The translations under genes were made by a program, and so were the position numbers. A model generated the notes under the pieces. That model saw only the letters and a program-made list of their open reading frames with translations. It had not been told where the DNA came from and did not search any database. From Candidatus Sumerlaeia bacterium (GTDB lineage Bacteria > Sumerlaeota > Sumerlaeia > MVZB01), in NCBI GenBank assembly GCA_039683515.1, contig JBDKRG010000040.1:1751-65750 (forward strand): a DNA stretch of 64,000 nucleotides, given 5' to 3'. Position 1 is the stretch's first letter. Each line of letters begins with the position of its first letter. Below, piece by piece: positions 57,989-64,000 of this stretch.

Positions 57989-59590
57989 TTACGCCCGGGC
58001 GACGGCGCCGGGGCCGGGGGCGGGGGCGTGGGCGAGCTTGACGCCGCGGATGCGGAATCGGGCGCCGCCGCCGCCGTCGAGGCATTCGATCTCCCACTGG
58101 TGGGCAAGGGCGATCTGGCGCACGACGGCCAGGCCGAGGCCGGTGCCGTCCTCGCGGGTCGTGAAATACGGTCGGAAGACCAGCTCGCGCTGGTCGGGCG
58201 GGATGCCGGGGCCGTTGTCGCGGACCTCGATCTCCGCCTCGCCGAAACCGGTCGGCTTGAGCTCGACCTGAATGCGGCCGCCGCGGCCGACGGCCTGGAT
58301 CGAGTTGAGCAGCAGGTTGAAGAGCATTTGGCGCAGGAGGGCATGGTCGGCCTCGATCGCGCCCTTGAGGCCGATCGGCTCGAAGCGGATCTCCTTGTCG
58401 AGGATGTCGCTGTCGAGGGCGCGTACGACGTCGAGGACCACGGTGCGCAGGTTGAGCGGCGCGGGGCGCGGCTCGGGCGGCCGCGAGTAGTTGATGAACT
58501 CGTTGAGGCGGTTGGTGACGCGGTCGACTTCCTGCGTGATGTCGATGGCGCGCGTATGGATCTCGCCGGCGGCGGACGGATGCTGCGAGATGAGCTGGGC
58601 CAGGCCGCGAATGATGTTGAGCGGGTTGCGCGTCTCGTGGGCGAGGCCGGCCGCGGCGAGGTTCAGTTCCTGCAGGTGCAGGTTCATCTGGCTGGCGCGG
58701 GCGAGCCGAAGCTGCAGGCGCGAGGTCTTCTGCAACTGGTGCCAGGCGGCCGCGAGGCCGGCGGCGGCGAGCGCGGCGATGGCCGCGATGATGATGCGCT
58801 GCCACAGGTCGGCCCGGATGGAACGGTCGTACTCGGCGCGCGACAGGCTGATCACGAAGCCGTGGAGGCCGCGGCTCTTGAGCAACTCGTCATAGCGGGC
58901 CTTGTCCATCCAGAACGGGCGGCGGAAGGCGGGGCGCCCGCCGCCGCGCGGGCGCTCGGCGCCGGTCACCGTCGTCCGGCCGTCGCCGGCATGGGGGGCC
59001 ATGGCGACGGCCCGCTCGCCGGCGTGGCGGCCCGCGGTGGTTAAAGTGTCTTCCGGCCGGGAAGACCCGGGCTCGCGCCCGTGACCAATTTCGCCTCCGG
59101 GGGGAGGAGGAGGAGGCGGCTGAAGTCGGCCTTGCGGCACAGTGCCGCTGGTCTCACCCGGCCGGAAAGGGGGCAGCACGATGGTCGTGCTGCTCGGCAG
59201 ATCGCCGAAATCCACGAGATTGACAAACGTGACGCTGTCGGTGTTCCACTGCTCGCCCTGTTCGGGGAGGCTGGCCAGGTCGGGGGGGGCGCCCTTGCCG
59301 GCGCTGGCCACGACCTCGCCCTTGGAGTTTAACAGCGCGATCGAAACGAGGCCAGAGGTCTTCGCCAGCTCGCGCAGGTTGTCCTCGAGGCGCTCCTGGC
59401 GGATGACGAGGCCGCGCTGGCGCCCGGCCCGGACCGACGCGCTGAGGGCGATCGACGTGGCGCTGGACTGCGTGCGCAGGCCGGCCCGCTCGGCGTCGCG
59501 GACCCGCCGGTGCTCGACGCACTGCCAGCCGACCATCATCAGCCATGCCAGGCATAGCGCCGCGTAGACCGTGGCCTCATTTCTTCGCAC
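57989..59590 (-). CDS. Sensor histidine kinase (periplasmic sensor, HisKA + HATPase_c) cotranscribed after the secretin genes
   Basis: Two TM segments flank a ~250-aa periplasmic region with a poly-Pro stretch. H-box LAHETRNPLNII. N/G boxes LLLNSIQA, DNGPGIP, GTGLGLAV. Its start overlaps the secretin stop by 14 bp. Confidence 0.85.
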   Translation of the reverse strand: MRRNEATVYAALCLAWLMMVGWQCVEHRRVRDAERAGLRTQSSATSIALSASVRAGRQRGLVIRQERLEDNLRELAKTSGLVSIALLNSKGEVVASAGKGAPPDLASLPEQGEQWNTDSVTFVNLVDFGDLPSSTTIVLPPFRPGETSGTVPQGRLQPPPPPPPGGEIGHGREPGSSRPEDTLTTAGRHAGERAVAMAPHAGDGRTTVTGAERPRGGGRPAFRRPFWMDKARYDELLKSRGLHGFVISLSRAEYDRSIRADLWQRIIIAAIAALAAAGLAAAWHQLQKTSRLQLRLARASQMNLHLQELNLAAAGLAHETRNPLNIIRGLAQLISQHPSAAGEIHTRAIDITQEVDRVTNRLNEFINYSRPPEPRPAPLNLRTVVLDVVRALDSDILDKEIRFEPIGLKGAIEADHALLRQMLFNLLLNSIQAVGRGGRIQVELKPTGFGEAEIEVRDNGPGIPPDQRELVFRPYFTTREDGTGLGLAVVRQIALAHQWEIECLDGGGGARFRIRGVKLAHAPAPGPGAVARA

Positions 59591-60845
59591 GCTTGCGTCT
59601 CTCCGGGGCCGCCGGCGTCGTCACAACCTTGGCGGCGGAGGGCTGCTTGACGGTCGCGGCCTCGGCCGGAACCGCCGGCTTTGGCGTATTGTCGCTCTTC
59701 TCGTCGAGATTTACGAGGAACTTCTCCTTCTGTTTGCTGGTAAACGCCTCGTCGATCATACCGGCGCGATTTCTTTCGTCAAGGGAAACGGTGCGGGCTT
59801 CGTTGGAACGCTGGATGATCTGGGGGGTCAGGAAAATCAACAGCTCGGTCTTGACGGTCTTGGATTCGGTCCGCCGGAAGAGGGCGCCGAGCATCGGGAT
59901 GTCGCCCAGGAGGGGGATCTTGGTGACCTTCTCGGTCTTCGCGTCCTCCATCATCCCGCCGATGACGACGGTCTTGCCGTTCTGGACGACGACCTGGGTG
60001 TCGGCCGAGCGCACGTCGATGACGTTGGCGCCGACCGTGTCGGTGATGGCGACGGTCTCCGAGGTCAGCTTCGAGATTTCCGGGCTGATCTCCATCTCGA
60101 CCATCCCCTCCGGCGTGATGTGCGGGGTGACGCGCAGGATGATGCCGATGTCGCGCCACGAAATGTTGTTGATCGTCTGGCCGGAGTCGGTGACGCGGCT
60201 GCTGGTGACGTACGGGATCGTCTGGCCGACGGTGATGGTGGCGAGCTGGTTGTTGCGCGCCATGACCGAGGGCCGGGAGAGGACCTCGAGCTTGTTCTTC
60301 TCGGCGATGGCGCGGATCAGCAGCTCGATGTCGGTGTCGACGAGCTGGTAGATCCCGCCGTTGGTCTCGGAGGCGAGGCCGAAGTTGCTGAGGATGCTCT
60401 GCGTGCGGTCGCCGCTGACGTCCTTGTAGCTCGCCTGAACGCCCAGGTCCAGGTCATCGCTGTGCGTGACCTCGAGGAACAGGACCTTGATGAGGACCTG
60501 CGGGATCGGGCGGTCGAGGTGCTCGATGACCTGCTTGATATATTCATTGGTCTCCTCGTCGGCGATCACCACGACCTGGCCCGATTCCTGGTCGTACTGG
60601 ATGATGGCGTTCTGGCCGAGGCGGCTGGTCGGATTGGGCTGGACCGGCGCGCCGCTCTGGCCGTTCTCCTCCTCCTCGTCGATGACCGGCTCAACGCCGG
60701 CCTCGGCGCCGGCCATGTCCGGCGGAGGGGCCATGGCGTCCTGGGCCCAGGGGCGGCCCGGGAGAAGCAACAACGCCAGCGCGAAGATGAATGGATAGCG
60801 CGAGTGCGCGGTCAGCGGCTTGAGCATGCGGAAAAACAGGTTCAT
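59577..60845 (-). CDS. Secretin (GspD/PilQ family): one secretin_N domain plus the C-terminal secretin channel domain
   Basis: Signal peptide MNLFFRMLKPLTAHSRYPFIFALALLLLPGRPWAQ. N1-type domain (IKVLFLEVTHSDDLDLGV). C-terminal secretin motifs (VVIGGMMED..., IPLLGDIPMLGALF). Confidence 0.85.
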   Translation of the reverse strand: MNLFFRMLKPLTAHSRYPFIFALALLLLPGRPWAQDAMAPPPDMAGAEAGVEPVIDEEEENGQSGAPVQPNPTSRLGQNAIIQYDQESGQVVVIADEETNEYIKQVIEHLDRPIPQVLIKVLFLEVTHSDDLDLGVQASYKDVSGDRTQSILSNFGLASETNGGIYQLVDTDIELLIRAIAEKNKLEVLSRPSVMARNNQLATITVGQTIPYVTSSRVTDSGQTINNISWRDIGIILRVTPHITPEGMVEMEISPEISKLTSETVAITDTVGANVIDVRSADTQVVVQNGKTVVIGGMMEDAKTEKVTKIPLLGDIPMLGALFRRTESKTVKTELLIFLTPQIIQRSNEARTVSLDERNRAGMIDEAFTSKQKEKFLVNLDEKSDNTPKPAVPAEAATVKQPSAAKVVTTPAAPERRKRAKK

Positions 60846-60875
60846 GAGATCGATTCCTCGCCGATTCAAAGTGGG

Positions 60876-62537
60876 TTAATAGCGGCTGCTGCCCGAACGG
60901 TTGTAGGAGGAGCTGCTGCTGCCGTACGACGAGCCGTAGTTGCTGCTGCGGTTCGAGCTGCCGTAGTTGCCGCTGCTGTTGCGGTTGGAGGAGCGGTTGC
61001 TGCTGCTGTTGTTGTAGTTGCTGGTGGAGCGGTTGGTGCTGCTGTAGGAGGACGTGCTGCGCCGGGTGGTCCCGCCGTTCTGGAACATGTCCTGCAGCAT
61101 CGTGGAGACCTGCTCCCCGTCGGCGTTGTGCAGCTGGTAGACGAACACCTTCTGATGGCCCGCCGGGTCCTTGTCCAGGTTCGAGATGACCTGGGCGACC
61201 TGCTGCAGGACCGAATCGACGGCGATCACGATGACCGAGTTGGTGCGCGTGTCGGCGACGGCCGTGACGGTTTTCTGCTGCAGCTGGCGCTGCGTGGAGC
61301 CGCCGGCGCCGGCGGTGGACTGGCGCTGCATCCCCTGCATGCCGCCGGGGAACCGGCCGCCGCCGAACTGGTTGCGGCTGGTGGCGCCGGCGGTCTGGGC
61401 GGTGTCCTTGTACATGTTGGTGATGAGGTCGGTCATCTCGGTGGCGTCGGCGAACTGAAGCGGGAAGACCTGAATCTGGGTCTGGAGCTCCTCGGTCCTG
61501 TCGACCTCGGTAACAATTTCGGCGATCGTCTGGTGCAGCTCCTCGGGGGCGCTGACGACGACGGCGTTGGTGCGGGTGTCGGCGACGGCGAGGACGCGCG
61601 AGGCGGCCTGGCGCGCCTGGCTGTCCTGCTGCTGCTGGCCCATGCCGCCCATGCCGCCCTGGCCGCCGGGGCCACCCATGCCGCCGCCGAACCGCGCCTG
61701 GAACATCGCGGCCATGCCGCCGCGCATGTTGTTGCGGTTGCCCGAGCTGTTGGAGGTCGTGAACAGGTTGTTGATCATGTTCGTCACTTCGGTGGCGTCG
61801 GCGAACTTGAGCATGTAGACCCGGATCGTGGTGATCTCGGAGATCGAGGTGTCGAGGGCCTTGACGATCTGGGCGATGCGCTGGACGTTGGCCTGGGTGT
61901 CGGTCAGCACGATCGAGTTGGAGCTGACGTTGGCCGTCGCCGTCGCCCAGCTCGGCAGGAGCTGCTGGATGTCGTTGAGCATCGCGGTCGCGTCGGCGTA
62001 GCGGACCGGGATGATCTGCGTGATCATCTCGTCGGTCGAGGGGATCTTCTCGGGATCGTTGCCCTTCTTGACCGGGATGTTGTTGGTGCGGGCGTCGTCG
62101 CGCGAGACGATCTTGAGGACGCGGCCGTTGCGGATGGCCGAATACCCCTTCTCGTTGAGGACGGTGTTGAGCAGCTCGACCGCCTCGGCGCGGTTAAGCG
62201 GCTGGTGGCTGACGACGTCGACGCGGCCGTCGACGTTGACCGAGCGGACGATGACGAAGCCGCCGGCCTTGCTCATGTAATCGAGGACGGTGTCGAGCGA
62301 GGCGCCGCGGAAATTGAAGCTCATCATGCCGTCGCCGGCCGCGGCCTCGGCGGTGGCCGAGGTTGCGGCGGTCGAGGTCGTCAGGGCCGCGGAATCCGCC
62401 ACCATGAGCCTGGGCGCGGCAAGCTGCGCGATTTCGACATCGGCCGGACTGCGTTTGGTGATCGAGGCCGCCGACGCCAGGGTCGCGGCCGCGCCGAGCG
62501 CGACCGCCATCACGGTAATACCCATAAGCCGTTTCAT
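60876..62537 (-). CDS. Secretin N-domain protein (N0-like + 3 secretin_N repeats) with an Asn/Ser/Tyr-rich low-complexity tail
   Basis: Signal peptide MKRLMGITVMAVALGAAATLASA. Repeats IRVYMLKFADATEVTNMIN / IQVFPLQFADATEMTDLI / VFVYQLHNADGEQVSTML. C-terminal ~70 aa are S/N/Y/R-rich. It ends 6 bp before the next gene's start region. Confidence 0.8.
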   Translation of the reverse strand: MKRLMGITVMAVALGAAATLASAASITKRSPADVEIAQLAAPRLMVADSAALTTSTAATSATAEAAAGDGMMSFNFRGASLDTVLDYMSKAGGFVIVRSVNVDGRVDVVSHQPLNRAEAVELLNTVLNEKGYSAIRNGRVLKIVSRDDARTNNIPVKKGNDPEKIPSTDEMITQIIPVRYADATAMLNDIQQLLPSWATATANVSSNSIVLTDTQANVQRIAQIVKALDTSISEITTIRVYMLKFADATEVTNMINNLFTTSNSSGNRNNMRGGMAAMFQARFGGGMGGPGGQGGMGGMGQQQQDSQARQAASRVLAVADTRTNAVVVSAPEELHQTIAEIVTEVDRTEELQTQIQVFPLQFADATEMTDLITNMYKDTAQTAGATSRNQFGGGRFPGGMQGMQRQSTAGAGGSTQRQLQQKTVTAVADTRTNSVIVIAVDSVLQQVAQVISNLDKDPAGHQKVFVYQLHNADGEQVSTMLQDMFQNGGTTRRSTSSYSSTNRSTSNYNNSSSNRSSNRNSSGNYGSSNRSSNYGSSYGSSSSSYNRSGSSRY

Positions 62538-63133
62538 TGTCCCATCTCCCTTTTGCGTCGTTCACGCATACGTGCAAGCGTATCCGCGGTGTTTGTGTTC
62601 GATGTGTTGCCCTGCTGGACCGAGCTGCCCCGGCCGGTGCGGTTGCCGGAGCGGCCGGTGCGGAAGCTCGGCCTGGGTGACGAGGGGCGGGCCGGGCTGT
62701 CGGCCACGGTCCAGGCCTGGCCCTCCTGCCGGGTGAGGCGCTTGCCGACCGGCCACTCGACCGTGAGGTCGCCGGCCAGCATCTTGAGCCCCTCGGTGGA
62801 GATCGCCGCGACCTTCATGTCGGCGATGGTCTCGCCGAGCCTGAGCGTGCGGCTGTTGTCGGCGTTCGATCCCTCGGTGAACGCGACGGCCTCGCCGCCT
62901 TCGATGATCGTGCCGAGCAGGTCGATCGTGTCGAGGACCGGCGTGGTCGCGGAGGTGTCCTCGGCGCGCCGGCCGGCCCGGCGGTTCGGATCGAAAATGT
63001 TGCGCTGGACGATCAGCTCGAACTTCTCGAACGAGCCCCCCCCGGCGGGCGCGGCGGCATCGGCCGCGCGGGCCGCCCGGGGCAAGACCGCGCCCGCGAT
63101 CAACACCATGAGCATCAGGGCGGTCTTAGTCAT
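62534..63133 (-). CDS. PilP/GspC-like secretin-associated periplasmic protein (putative)
   Basis: Signal peptide, then ELIVQRNIFDPNRR, which resembles the conserved R-D/N-P-F-x-P motif of PilP. Its position between the PilO-like and secretin genes supports the call. Confidence 0.45.
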   Translation of the reverse strand: MTKTALMLMVLIAGAVLPRAARAADAAAPAGGGSFEKFELIVQRNIFDPNRRAGRRAEDTSATTPVLDTIDLLGTIIEGGEAVAFTEGSNADNSRTLRLGETIADMKVAAISTEGLKMLAGDLTVEWPVGKRLTRQEGQAWTVADSPARPSSPRPSFRTGRSGNRTGRGSSVQQGNTSNTNTADTLARMRERRKREMGQ

Positions 63134-63659
63134 TGCGCCCTCCCCGCAGGGTCACCCCGGTCAGGAGCATGTTGAGCGACAGGGTGCGTCCGGCGTCGTC
63201 GCGCGCCGAGATTTCGACGTCCTGCACGCGCAGGGCGCGGGGGTCCTGTTCGACGTCATAGAGAAACCGCGCGATCGAGCCGATCGAGCCGGTGGCCAGG
63301 ACGCGGAAGTCGACGTGCCTGGTCCCGTCCTTTTCGGTGACCCACGGCTGCGGCCGCTGCGAGTTGAACGACAGGCCCGACTTGGACCAGTCGTTGAGCG
63401 CGGCGTAGATCATCAGCTCGGCCTCGGACTGCTCGGCCGGCAGGCTGTTCTTGACCATCTCGTCCCAGCGCGCCTCGTAGCCGGCCTTGTGGCTCAGCAG
63501 CGCCTCGCCCTTGGCGATCTGGGTTTCCAGCTTCGCGATCTGAGCCTCGCGCTGCTTCCAGCCCTCGAGCATCGGCCCGAGCACGATCCGGTCCAGGATC
63601 AGCAGGCCAAGGCAGACGGCGACGGTGATCACCAGGAGTCGGTTGCGGTTATTCGCCAT
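63126..63659 (-). CDS. PilO/GspM-like pilus or secretion assembly protein (putative)
   Basis: Short cytoplasmic N-terminus, one TM helix (LLVITVAVCLGLLIL), a coiled coil (REAQIAKLETQIAKGEALL), then an ~100-aa periplasmic domain. Confidence 0.5.
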   Translation of the reverse strand: MANNRNRLLVITVAVCLGLLILDRIVLGPMLEGWKQREAQIAKLETQIAKGEALLSHKAGYEARWDEMVKNSLPAEQSEAELMIYAALNDWSKSGLSFNSQRPQPWVTEKDGTRHVDFRVLATGSIGSIARFLYDVEQDPRALRVQDVEISARDDAGRTLSLNMLLTGVTLRGGRND

Positions 63660-64000
63660 TGGCTCTCTCCCCTTTCCAGACGTAAGTCAGCGTGAACTGC
63701 TGCGGCGACTGGCCCTGGACGTCCATGTGGAGCTCCCTGACGCCCGAGGACTCCTGGAGCATGTTGGCCATCTCGCGCCACTTCGTGTCGCTCTTCGAGC
63801 TGCCCGTGCAGGTGACCTTGGTCTGGTCCTTGATCTGGACCATGCGCGCCCAGACGGAGCCGTCGGGCGGGAACGCCTGCGTCAGGCCGTTGAGGATCGT
63901 CAGGCTCGGGGCCGAGTCGTCGAACCACGGCCGGTAGCGGCGGATCTGCTCCTGAAGCCCCTCGATCCGCTTGACATCGGGCTCGATCTCCTTCCATTGG
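63649..64000 (-). CDS. PilN-like protein, C-terminal part (the gene continues beyond the window)
   Basis: The minus frame is open to the window edge (...WKEIEPDVKRIEGLQEQIRRYRPWFDDSAPSLTILNGLTQAFPPDGSVWARMVQIKDQTKVTCTG...). Its stop overlaps the downstream PilO-like gene's start by 11 bp. Confidence 0.45.
   Translation of the reverse strand, partial: QWKEIEPDVKRIEGLQEQIRRYRPWFDDSAPSLTILNGLTQAFPPDGSVWARMVQIKDQTKVTCTGSSKSDTKWREMANMLQESSGVRELHMDVQGQSPQQFTLTYVWKGERANGE

Noticed and set aside
59571-63695. 1374-aa plus-strand ORF
   Set aside because: A single antisense frame running across four well-supported minus-strand genes (secretin, N-domain protein, PilP-like, PilO-like). The translation is Gly/Asp/Arg-rich and featureless.

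Overview
This 64-kb window is a chromosomal segment from a high-GC (~65-68%) Gram-negative bacterium. PEP-CTERM and HAF-repeat proteins, a σ54 system, a secretin and mreCD suggest a PVC- or Acidobacteria-like organism, but phylum is not resolvable by eye. Most of it is densely packed housekeeping and envelope genes: rlmN, pgeF, elbB-like, a rhomboid protease, cyclophilin, pdxA, GT4 and GT9 glycosyltransferases, alaS, two Hsp20 genes, rnj, trxB, rsfS, a yqeK-type HD hydrolase, rmuC, mreCD, several two-component proteins, ABC transporters and a PilN/O/P-secretin cluster.

The features that stand out are:
- a ~2-kb low-GC island encoding an overlapping ParA-like ATPase plus a cyclase-homology-like protein, a candidate novel two-gene module;
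- a two-gene (split) secretin followed by a histidine kinase;
- a receiver-domain protein with an unknown C-terminal domain carrying an Rx4H motif;
- an IS630 element with ~95-bp terminal inverted repeats;
- at least two families of small structured intergenic repeat elements, one apparently inserted into a conserved post-stop terminator hairpin;
- a very unusual density of hexamer/heptamer tandem repeats in intergenic and promoter regions;
- one σ54 promoter in front of hsp20.

No rRNA, tRNA or CRISPR array was seen. All calls are from reading the sequence and translations; no searches were run.
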